NCBI GenBank assembly: GCA_034520965.1
Contig: JAXHMY010000002.1
Location: forward strand, 256,001 to 320,000
Direction: 5' to 3'
DNA length: 64,000 nt
Origin: Spirochaetia bacterium
GTDB taxonomy: Bacteria > Spirochaetota > Spirochaetia > DSM-16054 > Sediminispirochaetaceae
The notes below the pieces were generated by a model, which did not search any database, was not told where the DNA came from, and saw nothing but the letters and a program-made list of their open reading frames with translations. Shown piece by piece: positions 22,427-31,894 of the stretch. How positions within the stretch are numbered: position 1 is the first letter of the stretch; each line of letters begins with the position of its first letter. Both the position numbers and the translations under genes were made by a program.

Positions 22427-22999
22427 ATGGTGGAATCAACTGGACTTATATGCGGAATAGATGAGGCCGGACGCGGCCCGCTGGCAGGTCCGGTATGTGC
22501 GGCGGCGGTTATATTAGGCGGGCTGATCGACCGTGGGGCCCTAAAAGACTCCAAACAGCTCTCGGCCGGGCGCAGAGAGCGCATTGCCGCTTATGTTATA
22601 AGTGAAGCGGCGGCGGTCGGCATCGGATGGGCATGGCCGGAGGAAATTGACAGGATTAATATCCATCATGCCTCCCTCCTTGCGATGCAGCGGGCATTTG
22701 AAGCCCTCCCTACTGAGGCGCCCTTAGTGAGTATGGTCTTGGTAGACGGCAAATTTATTCCCGTCCTGCCGCGGCCGGCAGAGGCAATTATCAAAGGAGA
22801 TGCAACCGTACCGGAAATATCGGCAGCTTCAATAGTTGCCAAGGTTGCCCGTGATCGCTGGATGCGGCGCTATTCCTGGATTGAGAGTAAATGGTCTTTT
22901 GAAACGCATAAAGGATATCCCACAGTCAAACACCGAGAACTCTGCCGGCTGCACGGCTTAAGCCCGATTCACCGCAGAAGTTTTAAAATTTATCCCTGA
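22427..22999 (+). CDS. rnhB: Ribonuclease HII
   Basis: GIDEAGRGPLAGPV, LKDSKQL, ISAASIVAKVARD, HKGYPT. Confidence 0.97.
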   Translation: MVESTGLICGIDEAGRGPLAGPVCAAAVILGGLIDRGALKDSKQLSAGRRERIAAYVISEAAAVGIGWAWPEEIDRINIHHASLLAMQRAFEALPTEAPLVSMVLVDGKFIPVLPRPAEAIIKGDATVPEISAASIVAKVARDRWMRRYSWIESKWSFETHKGYPTVKHRELCRLHGLSPIHRRSFKIYP

Positions 23000-23229
23000 T
23001 CTTTGTTCTTGCGGATAAATTCGATTGCCTTTTGAAACTCTGATAAGAACTGTTCCATATCCTCATCAAATACAATAACCGAGTGGCGTTCAAAACCGCT
23101 CACATCATGCTGCTTACTTTCAACTATATTCAGGAAAAGATCACCCTTTCTATTCTCTTTGACATTAAAAAAGTATGTCCGCTTTCCGATTGTAGTTTTT
23201 GCTGAAAAAACTTCGCCCCTAATTCCCAT
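22990..23229 (-). CDS. PUR-domain nucleic-acid-binding protein (BpuR/DUF3276-like)
   Basis: RGEVFS..KRTYFFNVKENRKGDLFLNIVESK..FERHSVIVF. Confidence 0.85.
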   Translation of the reverse strand: MGIRGEVFSAKTTIGKRTYFFNVKENRKGDLFLNIVESKQHDVSGFERHSVIVFDEDMEQFLSEFQKAIEFIRKNKDQG

Positions 23230-23339
23230 ATGGTATTTTCCTCTTTCGTTTCACTGTGTGTTTGTTTTAATAGTATCTGAAAGCGACCCTGAGTTGCAAG
23301 GAGCCGTTTTTGTGTTACCTTTACTTGCAGGAGGAATGC

Positions 23340-24441
23340 ATGGAGCCACGGAGCATAGGAATGATCGGCGCCGGAGCCTGGGGCACCGCTGTGTCTAAAG
23401 TTTTAGCAGAGAACGGTCATCAGGTACACATGTGGTCGTATGAGCAGGAGGTGGCCAACGCGATCAACAACACCCACGAGAACCGTACGTATCTCCAGGG
23501 AGTAATGCTGCCTGAACTAATCCGTGCATCGACCAATCTGCCGGAGGTTGCCGAGAATAAGGATTATCTTATTTTAGCCGTCCCGTCGATGTTTTTAATC
23601 GGCACGGTCAAACAGATGGTTCGCGTCTCCTCAGTGCAGGAAGGCAGCACCCCGATTGCGATTCTGACCAAGGGATTCATAGACGGACCGGGCGGTCCCG
23701 GTCTGCTGACTACAGCGGTAGAAAATTATCTGCCCGGCTTTTACAAAAATAATCTGGTATATATTTCCGGCCCGAGCCATGCCGAAGAGGTTGCACGCGG
23801 TAAAATCACCGGACTCATCAGTGCTTCAAAACACGCTAAATATTCAATACAGTTTAGAGAGCTTTTGCGAGGGCCCCACCCTTCTGGTGTTTTCCTCCTT
23901 GGATATTGTAGGGGTTCAAGCTGCGGCGGCACTTAAAAATGTAGTTGCCATTGCCTTCGGTATGTTAGATGCGTTGAAGGAACTCAACGATAAGTTCGGC
24001 GACAATACCGAGTCACTTCTGCTGGCAGCCGGACTAAATGAAATCCAGTTGTTAGGGAATGCCCTGGGGGCCAGCCATCCACAGACCTTCACTTCAATTG
24101 CAGCGGTGGGAGATTTAGATGTAACCTGCCGCAGTGTATACGGCCGTAACCGTCGCTTTGGGCGGGAGATAATTCATGAGCGAAAGATTGCTCATTTTTC
24201 CAACTTGCAGGATATCCTGCAGCATATTGATCAAATCGGGTATCTCCCTGAAGGTGTTGCCGCTTGTAAGCACGCTTTTTCGATCGCCCAAAGCAGAAAG
24301 CTCAAAACTCCTATTATCAACGCGGTGCACAGTATTCTCAATCGCGAAGCCGAGCCCTTCGAGGCAATCGTAGATCTGCTGAAAAAACTATCTGGAGTAG
24401 AGGCGGACCATTTCGTAGACCCAGAGAAAACAGAGCTATGA
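23340..24441 (+). CDS. gpsA: NAD(P)H-dependent glycerol-3-phosphate dehydrogenase; frameshift near 23875
   Basis: IGAGAWGTA, SGPSHAEEV, ALKNVVAIA, GDLDVTC..RNRRFG. Confidence 0.93.
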
Positions 24442-24498
24442 GAGACAAGACAGGGCGATGAACCTATTTTCGTAGTTCAGCTTTACAGCGGCATTTTT

Positions 24499-25824
24499 TT
24501 ATCTGTTCGCCGGTGACGCGAGCCCTTCATGATATACCGACGGCACTGACGACTCCAGCTTCAACTGTTCGAACAACTCAAATACCCGTACATTGATCTG
24601 CGGATGCAGCCACATTGGAGCTATATCATGCAGAGGTGCTAACACAAACATTCTCTCGGAGAGTCGCGGATGAGGAATTTCTAAGTCGGCACTTGATATA
24701 CACTGTTGATCATAGAAAAGGATATCCAGGTCGATAGTCCGGGGGCCCCAGTGGATATCACGACGCCGCTGCAGCTGCTGCTCTATCTCCATAAGTCTCT
24801 GCAGAAGCTCCCCCGGCGCCAGACTGGTCTCCATGCGGGCAGCGGCATTTAGAAACTTTCCCTGGTCGGCGTAGCCAACCGGGTCGGTCTCATACACCGG
24901 GGATACGGCGGTTACATGCAGCTCCGGCGGCCTCTGCAGGAGCTCCAAGGCCTGCTGAAGATACTTCAGACGACTGCCGAGATTAGATCCCAGAGCGATA
25001 AAAGCAGTGTGCGGGCTGGGCCGGCGGATAATGCGGTCGGCCATTCGGGCAGCTTGACAGTTCTCGAGTACATCATGGACCCGTACGAAATCAGCCCCCG
25101 CCTGTATTCCTAATACAGTAGTGGCCACCGTGCCGGCGGTACGTTCGTCCGCCGGTAGGTTGAGCGTCTTTCCAATCATCGACTTCCGGCTGGTGCCCAG
25201 CAGCCAAGGGCAGCCGAGACTATTCAGTGTGGAGAGCTGCTGCATTACTTGGACATTCTGTTCGACTGTTTTACCGAATCCGATTCCCGGGTCAAGCAGA
25301 ATCTGGTTTTTTGCCACTCCGGCGTCAGCTGCAATGCGGAGGCTCTCTTTCAGCGTTTCGAGTATTTCCGGCATGAGCTGTCGATAGTTGGTTCCAGTCT
25401 GATTATGCATCAGGCAGCAGGCAACCCCGGTCTCGGCGGCAAGCTCGGCTAAGTGAGGGTCGCGACGAAAGCCCCACACATCGTTTATCATTACTGCCCC
25501 CGCGGCTACTGCCGCACGGGCAACTTCGGCCTTTGAGGTATCGATAGAAATGGGCAGCTGCAGCTTTTGGGCCAGCGCCTGTATAACCGGCACAACCCGC
25601 TGAACCTCCTCCTGAACGGAGATTTCGGCATGCCCCGGACGGGTGGACTCACCGCCGACATCAATTACATCAGCTCCTTCGGCCCGCATACGCAGGGCAT
25701 GCTCCACCGCAGCCTGTACGGAATTGTAGCGTCCCCCATCTGAGAAAGAATCCGGAGTTACATTCAGAATGCCCATAACATAGGTACGCGCACCTATATC
25801 AAATTGGTACTGTCCAAGCTGCAT
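24499..25824 (-). CDS. folP: Bifunctional dihydropteroate synthase + HPPK, in FolP-FolK order
   Basis: MGILNVTPDSFSDGG, DPGIGFGK, SRKS, VRVHDV, then in frame IALGSNLG, WGPRTIDLDIL, IPHPRLSERMFVL. Confidence 0.93.
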   Translation of the reverse strand: MQLGQYQFDIGARTYVMGILNVTPDSFSDGGRYNSVQAAVEHALRMRAEGADVIDVGGESTRPGHAEISVQEEVQRVVPVIQALAQKLQLPISIDTSKAEVARAAVAAGAVMINDVWGFRRDPHLAELAAETGVACCLMHNQTGTNYRQLMPEILETLKESLRIAADAGVAKNQILLDPGIGFGKTVEQNVQVMQQLSTLNSLGCPWLLGTSRKSMIGKTLNLPADERTAGTVATTVLGIQAGADFVRVHDVLENCQAARMADRIIRRPSPHTAFIALGSNLGSRLKYLQQALELLQRPPELHVTAVSPVYETDPVGYADQGKFLNAAARMETSLAPGELLQRLMEIEQQLQRRRDIHWGPRTIDLDILFYDQQCISSADLEIPHPRLSERMFVLAPLHDIAPMWLHPQINVRVFELFEQLKLESSVPSVYHEGLASPANR

Positions 25825-25894
25825 ATTTACCTCGTCTTCCACTATAGCAGGAGGATAATTCCAATGCAATATTGCTCGCAATATTGCACAACTT

Positions 25895-25933
25895 AATGTA
25901 ATATTATACACTAATAATGTAAATTTATACAAA
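25895..25933 (+). promoter_or_regulatory. Tandem ARG boxes (ArgR operator) before argC
   Basis: TGTAATATTATACA (25897-25910) and TGTAAATTTATACA (25918-25931); the 21-bp period matches tandem 18-bp ARG boxes spaced by 3 bp. Confidence 0.7.
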
Positions 25934-25949
25934 ATTGAATGAGGACAGC

Positions 25950-27002
25950 ATGATAAGAGCAGGGATAATTGGTGCAAACGGATATACGGGAATAGAACTG
26001 GTACGACTGCTGCAGCGGCATCCGCAGGTGAAACTGCTGCACGCCGGTTCGCGCAGCCTGGCCGGCAGACCCTACGCCGGGGAGATTGGCTCGCTGCGCA
26101 GCCGCACTGAGCTTATATTCAGAAATGCATCGCTTGAGGAGACAGCGGCAGAATGCGATGTAGTATTTCTCGCTCTACCTCACGGAATCGCCTCTGCTCA
26201 GGTAACCCCCGATATTTTGAAAGGCTGCTGCATTATTGATTTGGGTGCCGATTATCGGCTGAAAAGCCGTGAGCTGTATGAACAGTGGTATGGAGTTGAA
26301 CACGGCTCGCCGCAGCTGCTTGAACAGGCGGTATACGGCCTACCCGAGATCGTTGGTCGCAAAGCTATATCCGATAAGAATCTCATTGCGAACCCCGGAT
26401 GCTACACTACTGCCTCCATTCTCAGCACCGCCCCCATTGCACGAGCCGGAATCGGCAGCCTTCCCTACATTATCGATGCTAAATCGGGGGTAAGCGGGGC
26501 CGGCCGACAATCTTCGCAGGGCCTCATGTTTGGCGAGGTAAATGAATCGATCAAAGCCTACAAATTGAAGACCCATCGCCACACCCCGGAAATCGAGCAG
26601 ATTCTGGGGCAACTAACCGACAGCGAGGTGAGCGTGCAGTTTACCCCCCACCTGGTACCGATGAATCGAGGGATTCTCACCACCACCTATATCCGCCCCA
26701 CCGAAGAGATAGCCGGGCAGCTGACGGGGGAGAAGCTGCGAGGCTTGTATGAGGATATGTATGAAGGCGAAACTTTTATCCGTCTACTGCCCGATGGGGT
26801 ATTCCCTGAGACAAGGTGGGTGCGCGGCTCGAACTATATTGATATCGGCCTTAGCTATGATCAGCGCACCGGCATGATTATTGTGGTGGCGGCGATAGAT
26901 AATTTGGTAAAGGGAGCCGCCGGACAGGCGGTTCAGAATATGAATATCCGTTTCGGATTTGAAGAAACTGAGGGTTTAGGAGATATCCCGCTGTTCCCTT
27001 AA
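25950..27002 (+). CDS. argC: N-acetyl-gamma-glutamyl-phosphate reductase
   Basis: IIGANGYTG, IANPGCY, SGVSGAGR, IDNLVKGAAGQAVQNMN. Confidence 0.97.
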   Translation: MIRAGIIGANGYTGIELVRLLQRHPQVKLLHAGSRSLAGRPYAGEIGSLRSRTELIFRNASLEETAAECDVVFLALPHGIASAQVTPDILKGCCIIDLGADYRLKSRELYEQWYGVEHGSPQLLEQAVYGLPEIVGRKAISDKNLIANPGCYTTASILSTAPIARAGIGSLPYIIDAKSGVSGAGRQSSQGLMFGEVNESIKAYKLKTHRHTPEIEQILGQLTDSEVSVQFTPHLVPMNRGILTTTYIRPTEEIAGQLTGEKLRGLYEDMYEGETFIRLLPDGVFPETRWVRGSNYIDIGLSYDQRTGMIIVVAAIDNLVKGAAGQAVQNMNIRFGFEETEGLGDIPLFP

Positions 27003-27072
27003 CCTAGAAACTTGTTTTTTCAGTTGCCGCGCAGCGGTATGCCAAACTATTCAAAAAAAGGAGCGAAACACA

Positions 27073-28287
27073 ATGAATCAAGTATATGAATTGCCCCATG
27101 GATTTTCGGCAGCCGGTTTTTCCGGAAATATTAAGGCCGAGGGACTTGATATGGCGCTGCTGCTCAGCGACCGCCCGGCGGCCTCGGCGGGAGTATTTAC
27201 CACAAACCGAGTCACGGCGGCCTGCATAGACTGGAACCGGGAGCTTTGCGGCAGCCCCATGCGGGCCGTATTAATGAACAGCGGCAATGCAAATGCCTGC
27301 ACAGGTGCACAGGGTATTCAGGACAATCGCCGCTTGGCCGCCGATATAGCCGGCGGATTTAAGACAGAGCCGGAACAGGTGTTTATGGCCTCTACCGGGG
27401 TAATCGGAGTTCCCCTGCCTATCGAGAAAATGGCAAGTGCTGTCAGCGCACTGCCCCAAAGTCCAGATGCTCCCGATTCGAGCTCGGAGTCGCTGGATCG
27501 GGCTTCCAGGGCAATAATGACCACCGATTTAAAGCCGAAGGTCTGCAGTTATAGTTTTACCGTGGGCGAGAAAACTGCGAAAATTACCGGTATGGCCAAG
27601 GGATCCGGAATGATTCACCCTAATATGGCCACCATGCTGGGCTTTATTATGACCGATGTGGAAATTCAGACGCCCCTGCTGCAGCACTTGCTGAAAAATG
27701 CAGTGGACGACAGCTTTAATATGATTAGCGTGGATGGGGATACCAGCACCAACGATATGGTACTAAGCCTGGCCAACGGAGCCTCCGGAATAAAAATTAC
27801 CTCCCCCGATAGTCAAGAGTGGCAGGAATTTAAGGAGGGTTTGAACTATGTAACCCGGGAGTTGGCAATTATGATTGCCCGCGACGGAGAGGGGGCTACT
27901 AAACTGATCTCGGCCACCGTAGAGGGTGCACTGACACTACAGGATGCCCGCACTCTGGCACGAGGAGTGGTTAGTTCAAACCTGGTTAAGGCCGCCTTTT
28001 TTGGTGAAGATGCAAACTGGGGGCGAGTACTGGCTGCGATGGGTTACTCCGGCGGGACCTTCGACCCGCATGCGGTCGATATTCTGTTCCGCAGCGAGGC
28101 GGGAGAAGTGCTGATGATGGAATCAGCCGCTCCGATGCCCTTCGACGAAGAAAAAGCGGCGTCTATACTGGCCGCTGCTGCGGTGGAGGTTGTCATCCGC
28201 TTGTATGAAGGCACCGGATTGGCCACGGCCTGGGGCTGTGATCTGACCTACGAATATGTGAAAATCAACGGAAGTTACAGAACATAA
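27073..28287 (+). CDS. argJ: Ornithine acetyltransferase / N-acetylglutamate synthase
   Basis: NSGNANACTG, AKGSGMIHPNMATML, VDGDTSTND, WGCDLT. Confidence 0.97.
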   Translation: MNQVYELPHGFSAAGFSGNIKAEGLDMALLLSDRPAASAGVFTTNRVTAACIDWNRELCGSPMRAVLMNSGNANACTGAQGIQDNRRLAADIAGGFKTEPEQVFMASTGVIGVPLPIEKMASAVSALPQSPDAPDSSSESLDRASRAIMTTDLKPKVCSYSFTVGEKTAKITGMAKGSGMIHPNMATMLGFIMTDVEIQTPLLQHLLKNAVDDSFNMISVDGDTSTNDMVLSLANGASGIKITSPDSQEWQEFKEGLNYVTRELAIMIARDGEGATKLISATVEGALTLQDARTLARGVVSSNLVKAAFFGEDANWGRVLAAMGYSGGTFDPHAVDILFRSEAGEVLMMESAAPMPFDEEKAASILAAAAVEVVIRLYEGTGLATAWGCDLTYEYVKINGSYRT

Positions 28288-28299
28288 AAGGAGTACCCC

Positions 28300-29181
28300 T
28301 TGGAAAACAGTTTTATGGACAGGGCGCATACATTAATCGAAGCATTACCATACATACAGAAGTTTAGTGGAAAAACAGTGGTGATTAAGTACGGCGGCAG
28401 TGCCATGACGGATGCAGACCTGCGGGGGCGAATTATTCAAGATATCGCTCTGCTGAAATATGTAGGACTGCGCCCGCTGCTGGTACACGGCGGAGGCCCC
28501 GCCATCAACGCTATGCTGCAACAGCTTGGCGTGAAAAGCCGCTTTGAAAACGGTTTAAGAATTACCGACGCCGCCACCATGGAAATTACTGAGATGGTGC
28601 TGGCCGGAAAGGTGAATAAAGAGCTGGTTCGCCTCCTGCAGATGCACGGTGTAAGTGCGGTAGGTCTGACCGGAAAGGACGGGCAGCTGCTGACGGCCGG
28701 CAAAATGCCCTCCGACGGCGCAGACCTCGGCTTTGTAGGCCATATAGAGGCGGTTGATACCCGAGTAATAGAGGTACTGTTTGAGGGGGGATTTGTACCG
28801 GTGGTCGCCCCGGTTTCTTCGGATAAGGACGGTACTACCTATAATATTAATGCCGATGATGCTGCAGTGGCTATTGCCTCGGCTTTAGGTGCGGAGAAGC
28901 TGCTGTTTTTAACCGATGTGCCGGGCATTCCTGGTTCTGTCGATGACCCCAGCAGCCGAATCAGCAGTATCCACAGCAGCGAGGCCTATGAATTAATTAG
29001 AAATGGTACGGTTGCCGGAGGAATGGTTCCAAAGATCCGCTGTGCCGCCCAGGCGGCTGAGAGCGGTGTCGCGGCAACCCATATTATCGACGGCAATATG
29101 CCCCATGCACTGCTGCTGGAACTGTTGACCAGCGAAGGCGTGGGTACCTTAATAGAGGCAGATTCAGTTGTCAACCATTGA
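28300..29181 (+). CDS. argB: Acetylglutamate kinase
   Basis: VIKYGGSAM, VHGGGP, NINADD, GGMVPK. Confidence 0.97.
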   Translation: MENSFMDRAHTLIEALPYIQKFSGKTVVIKYGGSAMTDADLRGRIIQDIALLKYVGLRPLLVHGGGPAINAMLQQLGVKSRFENGLRITDAATMEITEMVLAGKVNKELVRLLQMHGVSAVGLTGKDGQLLTAGKMPSDGADLGFVGHIEAVDTRVIEVLFEGGFVPVVAPVSSDKDGTTYNINADDAAVAIASALGAEKLLFLTDVPGIPGSVDDPSSRISSIHSSEAYELIRNGTVAGGMVPKIRCAAQAAESGVAATHIIDGNMPHALLLELLTSEGVGTLIEADSVVNH

Positions 29182-29199
29182 ATACAAGGAGTAAGCGAG

Positions 29200-30375
29200 A
29201 TGAGCAACTGGATAGACCGCAGCAAAAAAGTACTAATGAACACCTATTCCCGATTTCCAATAACCCTGACCGAGGGAGCGGGAGTGTATGCCAAGGATGA
29301 CCACGGAGGGGAGTATTTGGACTTCCTGGCCGGAATAGCAGTGAACGCGTTAGGTCATGCCCATCCGGCACTCAGCAAGGCAATTAGCGAACAGGCACAG
29401 AAGATGCTGCACTGCTCTAATCTATATCATATTCCGCAGCAGACCAAGCTGGCGGAAAAGCTGGTACAGCACAGCAGTTTTGATAAAGTTTTTTTCTGCA
29501 ACAGCGGAACCGAAGCAATTGAGTCGGCCCTGAAACTGGCCCGCAAATGGGGAAAAACCCAAAAAAACGGAGCCGCAAAAATCATAGCCATGGAACACTC
29601 CTTTCACGGCCGTACAATCGGCGCCCTCTCGCTTACAGGGCAGGAGAAATATCAAAAATCGTTTAAGCCCCTCATGCCGGAGGTCGAGTTTGTTCCCTTT
29701 AACGATATCGACGCGCTGTCTAATGCGGTTGATGAAGACAGCTGTGCGGTGATTCTTGAACCTGTTCAAGGGGAAGGGGGGATTTTCCCTGCCCGGCAAA
29801 AATATTTACAGGAAGTTCGCCGCATATGCAGCGAAACCGATACTCTGCTGCTGTTTGACGAAGTGCAATGCGGCCTCGGGCGCACCGGGACCCTGTTTGC
29901 CCACCAGTACTACGAAGTCGAACCGGATGCAGTTGCCCTGGCCAAGGGGCTGGGCGGCGGTTTTCCGATTGGGGCGTTGCTGGCAAAAGAGAGGGTTGCG
30001 GTGTTCGAGCCGGGAGACCATGCATCAACCTTTGGCGGCAACCCCTTAGCTTCCGCCGCTTCATTAGCCCTGCTTACCGAACTGACCGACGGCGGTGTAG
30101 TGAAACACTCCCGGGAGGTGGGAGCATATCTGCATGAAAAGCTGAGTAGTCTGGCTACCGTTAATCCGCGGATTAAGGAAATTCGGGGAGTAAACCTAAT
30201 GATTGGTATACAGCTCGACCGCGATGCCGGCCCCTATGTAGATAAGTGCCATAAGGAAGGTTTGTTAGTCGGAAAAGCCGGGCCGGATGTACTGCGGCTG
30301 GTGCCTCCACTGATTATTGAAAAAGAGCATATAGACACGGCGGTAGATATTTTAACTGAAGTTTTAGGGGAGTAG
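29200..30375 (+). CDS. argD: Acetylornithine aminotransferase
   Basis: FCNSGTEA, SFHGRT, FDEVQCGLGRTG, AKGLGGG, HASTFGGNPL. Confidence 0.95.
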   Translation: MSNWIDRSKKVLMNTYSRFPITLTEGAGVYAKDDHGGEYLDFLAGIAVNALGHAHPALSKAISEQAQKMLHCSNLYHIPQQTKLAEKLVQHSSFDKVFFCNSGTEAIESALKLARKWGKTQKNGAAKIIAMEHSFHGRTIGALSLTGQEKYQKSFKPLMPEVEFVPFNDIDALSNAVDEDSCAVILEPVQGEGGIFPARQKYLQEVRRICSETDTLLLFDEVQCGLGRTGTLFAHQYYEVEPDAVALAKGLGGGFPIGALLAKERVAVFEPGDHASTFGGNPLASAASLALLTELTDGGVVKHSREVGAYLHEKLSSLATVNPRIKEIRGVNLMIGIQLDRDAGPYVDKCHKEGLLVGKAGPDVLRLVPPLIIEKEHIDTAVDILTEVLGE

Positions 30376-30424
30376 CAGCCCTCTGGTGCTTTCTGCCGGG
30401 TGTGCCCGCTTCGCTGGGCACGCT

Positions 30425-30454
30425 AAAAAGCCTGCCGATAAGGCAGGCTTTATT
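30425..30454. terminator. Bidirectional intrinsic terminator between argD and the small ORF
   Basis: AAAGCCTGCC-GATAA-GGCAGGCTTT with A/T flanks. Confidence 0.8.
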
Positions 30455-30466
30455 ATATGGACGATA

Positions 30467-30637
30467 TTACATAAGGTCCTTGGGTTTGCGGGCGGTGTTG
30501 CCGGTGGCTTCACAGACCGCGATGTGGCGGATCTTACCGTTTTTGAAGACTGATTTCATTTTGATACTGCCACCCCAACGGCTGGTCAGGGACTGGGCAC
30601 CCTCACGACGGGCGTTCTTGGAAATATTTGCAGCCAT
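30467..30637 (-). CDS. 56-aa basic small protein (absent from the ORF track)
   Basis: MAANISKNARREGAQSLTSRWGGSIKMKSVFKNGKIRHIAVCEATGNTARKPKDLM; AAGGAGGAG RBS, its own promoter and a terminator. Confidence 0.85.
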   Translation of the reverse strand: MAANISKNARREGAQSLTSRWGGSIKMKSVFKNGKIRHIAVCEATGNTARKPKDLM

Positions 30638-30672
30638 ATGCTCCTCCTTAATAAAAATGTGCGGCGAGTGGT

Positions 30673-30701
30673 ACTATAACTCACTTTGGCCACTGCGTCA
30701 A
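30673..30701 (-). promoter_or_regulatory. sigma70-type promoter of the 56-aa ORF
   Basis: TTGACG-N17-TATAGT. Confidence 0.75.
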
Positions 30702-30760
30702 ACCCTCAAAGGTTCTTTTTCCTTGTTTCTTTTCCATAAAATACATATATTTTATCCATA

Positions 30761-31093
30761 ATGCAAGTACTCAATACAGTTTTAAAGGGCGTACGTTGGC
30801 TTGTAACCCTGCCGATTCTCATTTATCAATACCTTATTTCTCCGGCCCTGCCGGGAGCATGCATCTACTCGCCTAGCTGCAGCCACTATTCACGCCGGGC
30901 TATCATGCAACACGGGGTGCTGAAGGGCTTAATACTGGCGCTTACCCGGATATTTCGCTGTGCCGGCGGTCTGTTCACCGGAGGTCAAGATCCTGTACCG
31001 GAAAAGTTCTCCTTTGGCTACGTGACCGGTGCCTACCGAAACTTCTGGGCAAGGTCCAAACCGAAAGACAGCCGCCGCGAGACTGACGCTTGA
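30761..31093 (+). CDS. yidD: Membrane protein insertion efficiency factor
   Basis: YQYLISP..CIYSPSCSHY..HG..RIFRC..GGQDPVP. Confidence 0.9.
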   Translation: MQVLNTVLKGVRWLVTLPILIYQYLISPALPGACIYSPSCSHYSRRAIMQHGVLKGLILALTRIFRCAGGLFTGGQDPVPEKFSFGYVTGAYRNFWARSKPKDSRRETDA

Positions 31094-31166
31094 AGGGGTA
31101 AGGACGGCACTGGACCACAGTGCTCCTTAGAAAAAGCTGCTATAAAAATATAAAACAACCTCAATA

Positions 31167-31886
31167 TTAACGGGTAATATCGCGTAAAAAGGAAGTGAGC
31201 ACCTGTAGGGCGTTCTCGTTAAAGCCGCCCTCCGGAATAATGAGGTCGGCATACAGCTTGGTAGGTTCGATAAACTCGTAATGGCCGGGGCGTACTACTT
31301 CGAGGTACTGCTGGATGACCGAATCGACGGTACGACCGCGCTCTTTCATATCGCGTTCAAGGCGACGGATAAAGCGGATGTCGTCGGGAGTATCAACGTA
31401 AAGCTTGAGGTCCAGGAGCTCCCGGATATGGGGGTCGAAGAAAACCATTATCCCTTCGAAAATGATAAGCTTGGAAGGTTCGACCCTGAGAGTTTCCGTT
31501 TTGCGCCGGTGGTGCACAAAGTCGTACTGGGGCATTTCGATGGGACGTCCGTTCTTGAGCTGGGTGAGGTGTTTGTGGAGAAGTATGTTGTCGAAGGCCT
31601 CCGGGTGGTCAAAGTTGAAGGCGGTGATATTGGTGTTGCTGATATGCTCGGCGGATTTGTAGTAATTATCCTGGGGGATAAACACAAAGTCCGGCACTAT
31701 TTCCGATATTTTACGCACAATGGTGGTTTTTCCGGATCCTGAGCCGCCGGTAATTCCTACCAGTTTGACGTTGTTAAACCCGGCGGGCTGGTCGGACTGT
31801 GTCGATTGCATTGGCTGAGTCGCCTGGTCTGCATTTTGCGACAAATTGAGCGGAGGATGAGAGTCATTGTTCCGGTTGATATTCAT
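31167..31886 (-). CDS. udk: Uridine kinase
   Basis: GITGGSGSGKTT, NFDHPEAFD, RRLERDMKERGR, ADLIIPEGG. Confidence 0.95.
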   Translation of the reverse strand: MNINRNNDSHPPLNLSQNADQATQPMQSTQSDQPAGFNNVKLVGITGGSGSGKTTIVRKISEIVPDFVFIPQDNYYKSAEHISNTNITAFNFDHPEAFDNILLHKHLTQLKNGRPIEMPQYDFVHHRRKTETLRVEPSKLIIFEGIMVFFDPHIRELLDLKLYVDTPDDIRFIRRLERDMKERGRTVDSVIQQYLEVVRPGHYEFIEPTKLYADLIIPEGGFNENALQVLTSFLRDITR

Positions 31887-31894
31887 GGGACTTA

